Source of the DNA: Bispira polyomma | Taxonomy: Eukaryota | Direction: 5' to 3' | NCBI GenBank assembly: GCA_965649765.1 | Contig: OZ287751.1 | Span: 68,882,001-68,946,000, forward strand | DNA: 64,000 nucleotides | Shown: one piece after another, positions 49,667-63,292 of the stretch | Position numbering within the stretch: the stretch's first letter is position 1 | How the letters are laid out: each line of letters begins with the position of its first letter | Made by a program: the position numbers and the translations under genes | Notes under the pieces: model-generated | What the model was told of the DNA's origin: nothing | Seen by the model: only the letters and a program-made list of their open reading frames with translations | Databases searched by the model: none

Positions 49667-51168
49667 ACAAAAAAAAACGGTTTTTGATAACAAAAACGAA
49701 GCGTCCCTAAAGTTGAAATAATAATGAAATTGTTTAGTGTACAAGGTTTGATATTGTTTATAAGTTGACATATAAGCAGAATCAGCACTTTTGGTCAATG
49801 TAAGCTCGAAAAGGATCACCATTTCCGATATAACAGACGTTTTCTAAAAAGACACAGAAATTGAAGATGGTTGCCCAAATCAAAAATTACTATAAAAATT
49901 TACATAAAAGAAAAATCAGCCCTATGAGTCGAAAAGGAGCTTGAAATCGCTCTATCTAGCACCGTTTCTGAGATAAAGGACATTTTCGAAAAAGACACAG
50001 AAATTCAAGATGGCCGCCAAAATGTAACATTTTTTTAAAAGTTTAAATATAAGTAAAATCAACCCTGTGGATCGAAAATGAGCTCGAAATCGCTCTATCT
50101 AGCACCGTTTCCGAGATAAAGGACATTTTCGTAAAAGTCCCAGAAATTCAAGATGGCCGCCAAAATTAAAATTTTTTTGAAAGATTACATATACGTAAAA
50201 TCAACCCTGTGGATCAAAAATGAGCTCAAAATCGCTCTATCTAGCACTGTTTCAGAGATAATGGACATTTAAAAAAAAACCTTAATTTTTAAAATTTTTG
50301 AAATTAAAATCGTTTTATATCAGTAACGATCGCATATTTTTGGATGGGGTAAAAAATAAATAAAAATTCAGGCTATTCTTTAAAAGTTACGCGCTGCATG
50401 TACTGGTTTAAAATTAAAAATAAAAAAAATCCTCACACACTCAAAAAAGCACCCATCAACACATTTTTTTCCCCATTTTGTATGATTGATCGACCCTGTC
50501 AATCAGTCAATTATCACCAGATTGATCTAAAAATTTACGGACATCTATGCTTTGGTATTTGCAATGTGCATGCGAAATTTCATTGAACTATAACAAGTAC
50601 TTCAAAAGAAAAGTTGATAAAAGTGCAAGATAGAGCAAAATAGAGCAAAATACTCATTTGAAGTACTTAGTATTCATTGAGTACTGGACTTAGAACTGTC
50701 AGATTTTTACATCATACATAAAATCAAAAAGTAGATGAATAACTTATACCAAGAAAAAGCCGAAATAGCAATAGTTTCCGAGATAGCAAAAAAGTACCGA
50801 TTTTTCGCATTTCAATAAAAATCAATCGGTTGGCAATCGGTCAATTATCATCCGATTAATCTCATCAGGGTCTTCCGTCCTGAAACTTGCCTTACTAAGG
50901 TACATACCAAATTTCATTAAGCTATGATGAATATTTTTTGAGAAAACCTAGTGACAAGCACTTTTACACCCCCAGGGTCACATGACATTTAAGTAGGCCA
51001 AAGTTCAAAGCCAAGAATATCAAAAAAATTTCCCACTCCTGGTTAAGAGAACTGCCAAAAATAATTTTGATGCAGATAATATTGAAGGAGATATTCAAGG
51101 AAGACCACGCGGCGGCGAGGAAACCAGGGGTGAAACCAAATAAGCGCCCTTTTGAAGGGACGCTTAAT
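49667..51168 (-). mobile_element. non-autonomous Helentron/HINE element, copy 2
   Basis: Same termini and body as copy 1. AAGATGG occurs at 49864, 50007 and 50150 (period 143). The GGC tract is shorter. Confidence 0.8.
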
Positions 51169-51951
51169 TACTGTCAAATAGGATTAAGTTACTATTATTA
51201 CCAGTACTTAATATTTATGTCAGCTCTAGTAGATTATGACTGAAAAATAGAATTGTCACAGTTTTTCTTGAAATTATGTAATTTCAATATTTCTTCCCTC
51301 ATTATATGTCCTACATGTAGCTATCTACCTAGACAAAGTAATCTGCCGCATACTTAAGCATCATATATCCAAATCTGAGGCTATTATTTGGAATAATAAG
51401 TGAGAAATGACATTTTAATATATTTTGCCAAGTCAAATATTGTCAATGTACAATTATTGCAAAACTGAACTTATAATCGAGAAGCTCTCATCAAAACCTT
51501 TATTTAGACACCAAGGTTGCCTGTATTAATGATTTATATTAATTGTTTTAATTATTTCTGAAATTTGAAGTGGAAAGAAATTGCTGACATTTTGCGAGAT
51601 TTCTAAATCCTCTGTCGTTATCGCTTACATGTGCTTTTATTTATTCCGATGTGGACATGCGCACTCGAAATGCTGAATAGGCTTATTGGTGGCAGGCCAG
51701 TTATTGCCTGTGTACCAAACGATGCACACCCCTAATTGAAGCATATATGTTCTCAAAGGATTATTTATTTGAAATAAAAGTATTCTGCCGCTAAAAATGG
51801 CTGTTATTTATTGATGGCTAGCCGATTGGCAACCTATTTTTCAATTCTGCCATCAAAATATCAGCAAGGAATCTTGCTAAAGGGGACAGATTATTATTCT
51901 GTGTACTATTGCCCTGTGTACAGATTTGAGGGGGGAAAGCTAACAAAAAAC

Positions 51952-52036
51952 GTAAATTATTACGTAGGATGTGATGAACATGTAAATTATAACGATGGCT
52001 GTGATGAACACCTAAATTTTGATGTAGGCTGTGACA
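51952..52036. repeat. 30-bp tandem repeat, about 3 diverged copies
   Basis: Units of TAAATT...GG(A/C)TGTGA(TGAACA). Confidence 0.7.
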
Positions 52037-53794
52037 TATCACAGTAGGGGAATAGCAGTCTAGCAGAAGTCCAAGATCGTGATTTTTGAGTAAAGAAAGA
52101 TGCTTGTATTTGTCAATACTGTATTTATAAATTCAAAGTTTAAAAAATTAAGGCTACATTAATTATTACCAGAGTAGACAGCACTAGAAACCTATTATTG
52201 ACATTATTAAAATTAGTGGCTCAATTGACACCTACAACCACTTCAACCATACTGTAAAAGATACCGTACATAGAGTCAAAACTTCGAAAACTCCATGCGT
52301 CTTAAACATAGACTTATGCAAAACTAAGGGAATATTGGGTAATTATTGGGTAATTTTAATTGAGAATGTGGTCTCTCTTGGGTCAGATATACTGCATGTA
52401 TATAATATGGTGATATTTATACAAGGGAACAAGTAATTTTAATTTTAACTAAAAAAAAAAAAAACGATAAAAATACTAAAATATGACACCAAGGGACTTA
52501 GCCAAGTCTTTTGAGACTTAAATCTAGCACAAAAGTATACTAGTTTAAGCCTAAGACTTGGTTAAGTCTTTTACTGAATTTGGGCACAGGGACCATTCAA
52601 AAAAGGTCTTAGTCTTAACTTAGTCTTAAACTTGAGATTTGGGTGTTTGATTATAGTCCAAAAGGTTAGGATTGTGTTCATATAGTCCCAGTGACAATAA
52701 AAAAAATACCTTTGTTTGGTTATTGTTAACTTTGCACTTTACACTAAGCCTAACAGTTGGCAGTCTTAAATATTATAGACATAAATGTTAGGCTTGAGAC
52801 TAAGCTAAGATTAAAACCAAAAAGGCTGAAACAAAAAATATGTTATCTTTAAAAACATTAAAAAATACAAAAGGGCTAAGCCAAAACTTTGTCTTAGATC
52901 GAGTATACTTTTGTGCTAGATTTAAGACAATGTCTATACTTAATCTTTGTGAATATATGTATCACTCCCAGTATTGAAAACCAAACAGAAATAAAAAATT
53001 TGAAAGAAACAGTGTTTTGTTCATTGAAATATTACAAATTCAGAAAAATCAAAAGCATTTATAATCAAAGGCTTTAAATACCTAAGAGATTCTACATTAA
53101 AAGGGACAAGACTATACAGTTATTTCTAATGCTTTCCCACAGGTTAAATACAGAAGCGGACTGGGCTAAAAAAAATTACCGTCCTAATCCAAATTTTCAG
53201 TGACCAGACATTGGGAAAAAATATTTGCATCTTCACAAAAATCGATTGCTGCCAAGTTGCAGGCCTGACTCTGAAATCCTAGGGCCATTTACTAGATCTT
53301 GTTTTTTAAACTGTCCCAAAAGAAAAAACTACTGTTCCATAGCCATCAGGCCTATGTTTAATATTGTCCCCTGTAAATTAAAAAAAGAGAATTCCAATAT
53401 GCATGTCATATTTGTATGGCTACAAATTTTTTTTTGTTTTGTTTATTTTTTTCCAAGAAACTCCTCACAGTGACAATGTAAGTTTTGAATTAACAAAAAA
53501 TTTTAAAAAGAACAGGAAATTAAATGATGCCCTAAAGCAAAGACTACATGGTTTGTTTCCCTTTTGTTTCCATTTTTTGTTTTCCCTTTGAAAGAAAAAT
53601 CTAACGTGAAAAAATATCTTTGTAATTTCCTTGTAACAAGCAAGAAATGAATGTTTTCAATACACTTTAACTATAAAGATGGCTTATAATATTATTTCTG
53701 AAAACTGATAGAACTATTCAGTCCTAAAACATTCATCTGTGATAGAAAAAAAAAACTAATATAGGGGGCATTCAGTGGGGCGCATACCTCTAAC

Positions 53795-54010
53795 AATGTG
53801 CCACAAATTGACTAAATTCTTAGATACCCACTACCCAGCCGGATTTCCTCCAAAAAAATTGATGAATTCTTTCCTGGACCAATTGTGCTGTATGACCCTC
53901 CATCATGTATTTTATGTAGATCAGCACTGTAGATTTTATGTAATCCTGGTGACAAACAAACAAACCAACAGACACAGGTGAAAACATAATTTCCCAAGCG
54001 GAGGTAATAA
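53795..54010. mobile_element. short HINE-like element fragment
   Basis: An (ACAA)n/ACAG microsatellite is followed by GAAAACATAA...GCGGAGGTAAT, a terminus typical of HINE/DINE-like repeats. Confidence 0.55.
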
Positions 54011-54494
54011 TATAATATTGTATCGTACCTTCCACACGGCCGGAAAATACATTGTTTTGATGTGCAATACAGAGTGGGTTATAAAATGGACTTCGTGAAT
54101 AGTGTCTATGAACATAAAATGTTTTGTATGTCTTTAATAATTTTTTTTTTTGACCAATATAAGCATGATAATTATATGATAAGTGGATAATAAACGTAAA
54201 ACAACCCTTGTGAGGTGTTATATGACTAAGAAGATAAAATGCACAATACTCTTCCTACAAGGCTTGCATTTAACCTATTGTACTGTTTATCTTCTTTTGT
54301 CATATAATTTTTTAATATATACCAAACTAGGGTACTACGTTTTAATATTGTATTATTAACGATTTTTAACACTTAAATGCGAGACATCTTCTTCAGCGCA
54401 ACAACAGAATCAATTAACCAATAAAGAAGTCCCAAAAAACATATCCAGGTCATAAGGAAGGATGTTGCGGGTGTACAGAGAGTGAATTACTTAA

Positions 54495-54720
54495 GAGGTA
54501 AGCAAGTTTGAAGAAATACATTTTAAGTTTTCTCCAAAACTCAGAAAGTGTTTTTACTGATTTAAGCTCAACTGGGAGGTAAGGGCAGCGATTGAGAAAG
54601 CTGTGGGTCCAGCCATTTTGGTCCTTCGGTTTAACATAGGAAACAGAAAGTATCTTTCCTCTCTTTAGGTTACTGGAGGAAAGACGAGTAGAAAGGTAGA
54701 AGGCGTGGTAATAAACAAGG
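54495..54720 (-). mobile_element. highly decayed L2-type LINE 3' fragment
   Basis: The minus strand gives remnants AFSIAA.., LPVELKSVKTLSEFWRKLKMYFFKLAY. Confidence 0.55.
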
Positions 54721-55208
54721 TAGTAATAATCAGCAAAATAACTAACTGCAATTCATTAAATCTTGGGAGTAGATCTGGTTAGAGTAAAGTAGATTACCAA
54801 GATGGATCCAAGAATTTAGTTCTCTACTTTTTTGGAACTGTTGGACATTTAAGGAAGGTATGTACTCCACTGAGTGCTCCTCTAGATCACAATTCATACT
54901 TCTATTCAATAAACTTAGCACTGTCACAATATTATAAACAAATGCTGGTACATTTTTGTATTTGGAGCCGTCATTGTAGTGTCAAGTCTGTGACATATAA
55001 TGTTTACTGTGTCAGTCTGTGACAGATGCTGTACACATACTGGTTATTGTACTAAGTCCTCTGTAGTCACTGAGGATTACTGTGAAAATAATACCAGGCC
55101 TGTGTGAGCTGAACACTGACCTTTTGATCTGTTTACTATAACAATGGTTGCTGCATTACTGTAATGTATACTTGCTGTATTCTGTCTCTATCTCTTACAG
55201 GGTCTTTG

Positions 55209-55406
55209 TACAGTAGAACCTCTATTATCTGAACTTCCATAATGATTTGAATATTTCATTTTACAAACTCACTACCACTCTCCCAATTATACCGTTTTCC
55301 TATTATTTTTAACAAAACACTTCTTCTATTTTAGAAACCTTCTTTTATCCACACAAAATCATGCTCTTCCTCTCCCACATGTTCGGATAATAGAGGTTCC
55401 ACTGTA
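55209..55406. mobile_element. MITE family A (Tc1-mariner/pogo-like; TIR CAGTAGAACCTCTATTATCCGAAC, TA TSD), best-preserved copy
   Basis: TA-CAGTAGAACCTCTATTATCTGAAC ... GTTCGGATAATAGAGGTTCCACTG-TA. Confidence 0.85.
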
Positions 55407-55464
55407 TTAGGTGACCACAATACACAAGTAATCAGTCCATTTGAAGCCTTAGTACCATTTCCAC

Positions 55465-55614
55465 ACACACCCTAATAGCAAACAGCTGATGGTCAATTTT
55501 TAATAGTCTTTGAATGTGTAATCTACATACATATGGAGAATCGGGACATAGGTTCAAACCCATGATTGCACAGGTATAAGAGACAAGAGTATCACTGCTA
55601 CACGACAAAGGCCC
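55465..55614 (-). mobile_element. degenerate tRNA-derived SINE (second family)
   Basis: The minus strand reads GGGCCTTTGTCGTGTAGCAGTGATACTCTTGTCTC...GGGTTTGAACC, similar to the head at 7689. Confidence 0.5.
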
Positions 55615-58600
55615 ACTTAACACAAAAAGTCTCATATTGTACAAGTTCATGGTGTAATGTTTACCAATTTTAGATCCTATGTATGTAATTTATTGCATGT
55701 GGAACATACATAATTGCTACTTCGAAAAGTTTTATTTTACCTTATAAACTGATCGGTTTCTGACTAAGGTATTTAAGAAATTGGGAAAGTATGGCTTACC
55801 ATGTAAAATGTGCCTGAATGACCTCAAAAATGTTGATTATTTTGTAGTCAACAGATAGATACGAAGTAAATGTTATTTAGAATACAAAATAAAGGAAAAT
55901 AGAAGAACTATCATGTTTCCAAAACCAAAAAAGTTAATGAAATCTGACATAAAATCATAATTATAAACTAATCAAAAATGTTACGTTCAACAAATTAGGA
56001 AAAAGACATCAAGTAATTAGTGAAAACATTTACAAGAAAATTCCAGCAAAAGATTATTACAGTAACCTCTTTAACCTTGGTGTGAATGAACTTTACCCCC
56101 CAAAAAAAGTTTCACATCAATTTACCACAGAGAGACTGGTCGGGCTCTATCAAACACGGCAAGGCTTTAAAGTAATGGATATTTCCGTTACTGTAGGAAG
56201 CAGCTCCTTTTCACTGCCAAAGCCCCTCTAAATTATGTTCATTTTGGTCAGCTGGATGTGAAATGAATAGTAATAAAGGGCTGAAGGAAAGAGGGGGTTG
56301 GGAAAGCTGCACATTATATGGATATGACATGTTTTAGTTTGAGGCACCCGACTCTACTGATTGCCAATGTTTAAACACGGGGATGATATCTAATTTTATG
56401 ATTGCTCTTATCCCCAGAAAATGCAAATAGCACATGTATTGTAATTACACAACGGATTTGGCAAAATTGAGAAGAGTGAGTCCGGGGGATGGGGAGGGGG
56501 ATTCTGATATGGAAATGAATGACTTGACAAGTGCTGCCTCCTCCTCCTTCATAGGATGAAATGCAAACTCAGTTTTAGCACAAACTTAGATCCATGCCAT
56601 GTTACTCTGAATAACATTGTTAAGATTGTATTTTCTTCTGTCATTAGCTATTTCCCATCCTTAAAATTGAAGAAGCTATATATATTTAAGAGTAGTTTAA
56701 GATACCATACCATATCGTAAAATCGAAAAACTGTTTACTAAATACTAATAATAATTAACTAAAATAAATTTATGTTTTAAATGTACTACATTATCCCATT
56801 TAGGGAGAAACTACTCAAACAAACATGAAACATGAAAGACAAAAAAATAAAAAAAAAAATTAAACTTTCTGAAAATTGCTAGCACTCTGTTACTGTTGCT
56901 TCTAAAAAAATTCTACTGATAATTTTTTTTTTTCGTTTCTGTTTGACAAGCCTCTCAAATGAGAAATATGCAAGCAGTTTTTGTCAGCATTTCTCTCTTG
57001 GAATAAGGACATTGTGAAAAGCAAGTTAGCAAATGTGAACGGCCAGGAAAATAAAACAAACAAAATTTAAATATCGCTAGATATATGCAAGATTAGAAAA
57101 TGTCTCCTAAATACAATAGCTGAATGTTATTTAGGCAAATAAAGAACTCTACTGATGTATTTTGCATATTATATCATGTGTTGAGACAGTTTTAAGTGAT
57201 GGAGGAAAGCAGAAACAGATTAGTTGGTCAAGATTTCTGAACTGCAAACCACCAGCCTACTAAGAAAGTCTACCGCTAACTGTTTCATATAGTTTTTTTT
57301 TAACATAGACATGGTCAAGATTTAAGTTTTTTTCAGGGCAAGGTCATTACTCCATGGTCAAAGGTCAGATGTGGACGTTGTATGTACATCTCATGGTGAT
57401 TTTTTGTAGCAAAGATAAATATCTTCACATATACCAAAGATGAACTCCTGCGAATATGCTGAGATACAAGATGTTTCAGGTCAACTTCATGATTACAAGG
57501 TCAAAATGAGGTCAGATTGCACATGTACAGTTTCTCATGAATATTTGTACAAATTTTGAACTTCCTTTTACAGAGACCATATAATATTTTTAATAGAATT
57601 TATTAGTGACGTAACTTAATTATTACTGTTCAGTTAACAGTATTATATAATTAAGTCACTAATATATAAACAGAGTTAACCCTACAAAGTCTAATACAAC
57701 TGCTACACAATGCAGAAAGTCTTAGTTTTTAGCACAAACCTTAATGATCCAACCTTTATAACACATTACACCAACAATTACCATGTATTACAGTATTACC
57801 AGACTTCTACTATTCAGGAAAAAATTATTTTAAAGCGACTTTTAAAGATTAAATAAATTTTATTTATAAATTTTTTTAATAAAAATTCAACTGTTTGACC
57901 GTTATTGAACCATTGTGAAGGTTATATGATAAACTATTGATATGAAATAGGACCTTACCCTGCATTTGTATCCAACATCACAATATTCATGTTAACAGTT
58001 ATATTAACACTATGGGATACTACTGTGTCACCATTACATGTCCATAAAGTCAGCCAGTTATATGTTGAAATCTTCATACAAGTGTGTACTTTGTACGTCT
58101 CTTTGTGACAAAGTCTGATAAACAACGTCTTTAAAATGCATTCAACCATGAACACAAATTATTCCAAGCACCCAAAGTATCTTTTTTTTTTCCATTTCAG
58201 GCCTGATTTTAAACTCTTTGTACTAATTTTCCCCTCAAGTGTTGCAATACGCCTTAGTTCCTTTATTAACACCACTAGCACTCCTTGAAAATTTAAATAT
58301 CATTATAACCTTCCAACTGAATTCACCCTTTAACTTTTATGGCTCCCATTTCAAAACAACCACAATATGTTATACATACATATAAAATTGGCAAATAAAA
58401 AAAGTACTATACGACTGGTATAACACGGTGTACTGCAAATATCTTGGATGATTCAACTTCATAAATCTAATAAAGAGGTGACATTTTCACTGTGCCAAGA
58501 ATTAAAAGAACTCACTCATTTTACACCCAAAGTCTTTCCAAAGCAACCTATTTGAACAGAAGCCTATATATTATATATAATCAAAGATTATGTGACATAT

Positions 58601-59490
58601 TCCTTATTCCAGAGTAATTTGACTTACATTTGAGTATCTATAGTATTTACCTAATATATACATACCATAAATTCTGGAATTAGCACTCAAGTGGAAAATT
58701 CCTTTGACTGCACCCTCTCGTCTGGTAGAAAACATGTTTCTAATTTTTTTTATAGTTCAATAACAGAGGGGGTATATTAACTATATTTGTATCCTTCCAA
58801 AAGGTTTTCCTTATACCATGTATAATGTGAATAATGTAATTTCTGTAATACACGCCTGCAGGGATTTGTATTTTTTCCAAAAAAGGGGGACAGAGACTAT
58901 AATTAAAGAAAACAATGTTAAAAAAGGGTGCTGTAACATATTGGTACAAAATCATAGTCATATCTGACTATTGTAACTCTTGGGAAAATAGAGCAGTTTT
59001 TCGTATTATGTCAGTGTAGTAGAATCTATAGAATCTACCTGCTGAAATAGTGGCATTTGGTAATATAAAAATCTCTTCAAAGAGGAGGTGGGCTATTATT
59101 ATATAAGAGCCTTTATTATAGAAAATACGGTAGATTACATGTATGTCTAATAGATCCTATGAAATACTTAGCGCTTGCAGGCAACAAAAAGCTATATATA
59201 TAGTATGAGATACTAGAATATGGGTAATTAGTTGCGTATTACTCTTAAAACTGTGTCCTGGTACTAAAAATACAATAGGTTCTTGACCTTTAGTTCTAAA
59301 CAGCTTAAAAGGCGAGACACATACAGTAAATTCATAATTATCTACCAACTTTATTACTCCCCTTTTTATATATAATATATTCTTTAATAAAACAAGCAAC
59401 CAGTTACAAAATGTTCAAAACTAGTTGTTCGTTTTGAATGAAATTTGGGTATTTTTTGCACTATACACAACTCTTTTAATATTTAAAAAG

Positions 59491-59731
59491 CATTTTATAC
59501 TTCAAGATCTTTTATACTTCGGGATCTTTTATAGAGTCATTTTTTATTTCAGGGTCTTTTATTGGGTCATTTTATACTTCAGGATCTTTTAAAGGCTCAT
59601 TTTATACTTCAGGATCTTTTATACGGTCATTTTATACTTCAGGATCTTTTATATGGCCATTTTATACTTCAGGGTCTTTTATATGATCATTTTATACTTC
59701 AGGGTCATTTATAGGGTCATTTTACACTTCA
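59491..59731. repeat. 30-bp minisatellite, about 8 copies (CATTTTATACTTCAGG(A/G)TCTTTTATAGGGT)
   Basis: Read directly from the sequence. The unit is built from two TTTTATA sub-repeats. Confidence 0.9.
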
Positions 59732-59734
59732 GAT

Positions 59735-59979
59735 AGTCACAAAAAGTCTTAGTCATCACAGAGTCTTAAGCCTAACATTTTTCTCTTTGATTTTGGCCAA
59801 AAAGGTGAAGCTTTTGGTTTTGGTCTTAGTCCCAGTGACATTAAGAAAAAAATCTTTGCTTTAAGTGTTTACTTTCTCTTAATACTAAAACTAATAGTGG
59901 GAAGTATCAAATACTTTAGACAAAAATGTTAAGCTAAAGACTATGTTTAGACTATAAAAGCCTTTAGTGAATACGGCCC
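59735..59979. mobile_element. palindromic GGGCCGTATTCAC-type MITE; homologous copies at about 45855-46103 and 52588-52815, related ends at 1122-1272
   Basis: Shared blocks AAAAAGGT, TAGTCCCAG, ACTAA(G/A)(A/C)CTAA(C/T)AGT and GTCTTA/TAAGAC arms, ending in GTGAATACGGCCC. Confidence 0.6.
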
Positions 59980-61031
59980 CATTTTTATATTTTCCTTAAA
60001 ACCAGTTTTAGGGTTAGTTTTAAAAAAACTAACAACTCACTATAGAAAATCTAAACCAATTACAAACTCTATATAAAGTATACAAAAAAAAAAAAAGTTA
60101 AAATTTATATGGCAGCAAATTATCAAGGGTTTACTGTTGAGACTTCTGATTACATGGAATTACAGAGTTTCTATACAGAGAAGGAGGGAAAGAAATGTAA
60201 TTTGCCATTTTTGTATCATTGTAAGGCCTCAATGTTTGTGGTGTATCAGTAATGACATTGCACTGACACAGGTATAGTGTTTGCTAACCTGGCTCCATAT
60301 ATTTACCCACTAAAATACTCTTCTAGTCACCTATTGTTAATTGGTTCCCTTTTTTAGATTATATATTCACTTACCTAACTTAAATTGGGCCTTCAACTAT
60401 CTTATACAGAATGAGATAAAAAAAATGATACGTAAAAAGATAAAACTAGTACCAAATATTTATTTCAATTACTAATTAGAAATTTAAAACTTTAACTTAG
60501 TTTAGATAGACAGTAAATTTCTGATACAAGTGCATTACCACCGGTGACTTTATAAGATTGACTAAAAGCGTGAAATTTTAAGACTTTCGTAACACACAAG
60601 ACGTAAGTCGAATCTTAATCCTGTGAAATATATTTGACAATATCTTACACTTACAAAGAAACAATGTGCTGATGTCTCATTCTTTTCAACACAAAAATTG
60701 CCCATTTACCCATTGAAAAAAAATTAATATGTTTAAGGATTCATACATGTCATACGGTAATATACCCAAAAAAAGGTATTTCTTATATTTTATAGCTTAA
60801 ATTTCCAAAGAAAAGTATAAAAGTTATAAACAAAAGGTGGAAATTCCAAAGATAGATTCTCAAACTCACAATGTGTATGATTTACACTTTTTAGATACTT
60901 TACCAGATAAAAAAACGTCATTGATAAATTTTTATTATGCAAGCAGATAACTGAGGCTTGGTTTTTTTTGTGAATTATAAATAAATTGTATACTAGCTAT
61001 TGCCGATGCCACAGGCATATTTTTTGAAAAG

Positions 61032-61142
61032 GAATTTAAATTTAGTTGGGTTTTACGTCACCTTCAACAGCTTAGGTCATTGCATAACAATAAGATTGAC
61101 CGGTGAAAGAAAACAAGGTGTGAACCCACATTAGTGAGAGAC
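61032..61142 (-). mobile_element. internally deleted SINE S1 fragment
   Basis: Contains TTTTACGTCACCTTCAACAGCTTAGGTCAT and GAACCCACATTAGTGAGAG, shared with the other S1 copies. Confidence 0.55.
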
Positions 61143-63067
61143 CTTTTAGGGGAGAAAAGCTGAAGTCAAAAACACATAAATGATGACAGTGTTGTGACAT
61201 ATTACACCAGCAGAAGTCGAGGATGGCGGTTTTCTGTCACGAAAAATGCTTATATTTATAAATATTTGTAAATATGTTGTAGTATTGACAAAACAACTAA
61301 GTCGAGACATGGTTCTAAATCTAGTACAAAAGCATACTAGATCTAAGACAAAGTCTCGGCTCAGTTAATGTGTTATTTCGCCATTTGATAAAAATCACGA
61401 GAATGGCCACCAAAATATTCGAAATTTCAACATTGGCCCTCATTACAAACTTTTACCATTTCCAAGATTAAAGATGGCCGCCAACAATTAAAATTTTTTT
61501 TTTTTAATTTTCAACATTAGCCTGTATTACCCCCTTTCTACTCTAAAGTGGAACTTTGTCAAGTCATTTTCCCTGTTATGTGGAGACAAATTTTAAGTCC
61601 CATGAAGGCCTTTTCCTTTAAAATCTATCCTGTTAAGTGGAAATCCTGCTTAAGTAGAAGTAGCATTCCTGTTCCCTTGAGGGTCAACTTAAACTGTAGT
61701 AGTTTTCAAGTAGGTACATTCTATCAGTAAAAGATATCCAGAAGTGGATGTGAATTCTATGGATATTAGACATTTAACCTGTACAGACTACACAATCTCC
61801 TCACTCTACTGTATCTAAATACACGGTATCGCCTTACCACTTTCAGCCTTAGCTAGCAAATACTCCCCTTGTGATGATTTACATATAATTTCTTATGTAC
61901 TGTGGTATTTCAATGGCTGCATGTTTTAACATTTTTTTCTAGAAATAAATAAGTCAAAAATCTTTTAAAGGTTTCTCATTATACACCATTAATGTTTATA
62001 CAAAAGATCACAATTAGCTTCCTTTTTGTTACACTGGGTTGCTATGAAAGAACTAAGATTGTTATTAAATAAAATATTGCTGTATAGAAAAATCACCATA
62101 TTGTCAGGGGGGGGGATTCATTTACTGCAGATGTTAAAAGACCACAACAAACTTTTAATTAAACTCTAACCGAGATTTAATTGCATTTTTTTTGTGTGGT
62201 TTCTATAACAATTAGTTTGTACACAAATTTTCTCAAAATATATCTCAACTTTTCATCTTGCACTATCCCACCTAGCCAGTAAAAAATTTCAACTGCAAAA
62301 AAATATGTTAAAATCAAGCTTTTTTGGTGTACTGAAGATTAAAACTGATTCATATAACAACAATCCAGAACTAATACATGCAGGTTTTAGTTCATGATAC
62401 ACAAACTCAATTCTTCTAACAAAATGTCAAACTTTAATGGGTGAAGAATTTTACAAAATAAATATGGGAAACTCACACAGAAAAGGCCACATTCTCATTT
62501 TACAGCCTGCCCCTAGTTTTCTATTATTATTATATACAGTTCCAAATTTAAACCAAAAACCACATTTTCATGAGAGCCCAAAATAGGGAGAAAGTTGTTT
62601 TATTTAATTTAAATATTAAACATTTTTGGGATGGTTTCCCTGTACAGTGAAAATACACTTGCAGCCAGTAGGTGCCAGAATGTAAACTTCTTTTCTCAAA
62701 AGGCTCCATTGGCTACGTATCAAGTACTGCATTATCTTCATCTTCAAGACCAATGTCACTACACACAAAGCTGTCAACTTTTGTCAGCCCCCATATCTTG
62801 CCTCATTGCTGTCTTTCAGCAGATTTTGACAGAATTATCAGAATGCGGTTGGTATTTAGTAGCATAATATTGTAAATAATTATTATAAATAAAATAATTG
62901 ATTAATAGTTCATTTAGAAAAACAAATAAAATCAGACATTACTTTAGATAAGCTCATATTGTGTCCTTATGCCCATAATGCATACTACTTCTGTCATAAA
63001 TCAGCCACCAGACATTAATTCAACTGTGTCGGGACTTCAAATAAAACTTATTTCAGTACCAATACTG

Positions 63068-63292
63068 TACTGCTTGTGGTTAGAATTTGGCCGCCTGTTG
63101 TAAATCGGCCATTTATTTTGAGAGTCCGGAGATGAAATGGACCATAGGGTAAAAGTAAAACAATTATAGTACTGATATTAATTAATGTACAGTATTGTTA
63201 GGCAAAAAAAATAAATTTAAATCATGATACGACACATTTATTGTACAATGGCCGATTTATGATAGGCGGCCGAATTATAAGCACAGGCAGTA
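63068..63292. mobile_element. TIR MITE with TA TSD
   Basis: Imperfect TIR of about 44 bp: CTGCTTGTGGTTAGAATTTGGCCGCCTGTTGTAAATCGGCCATT versus AATGGCCGATTTATGATAGGCGGCCGAATTATAAGCACAGGCAG. Confidence 0.75.

Noticed and set aside
59491-59731. 30-bp periodic array as a possible CRISPR array
   Set aside because: The units are head-to-tail without unique spacers, there are no cas genes, and the context is eukaryotic.
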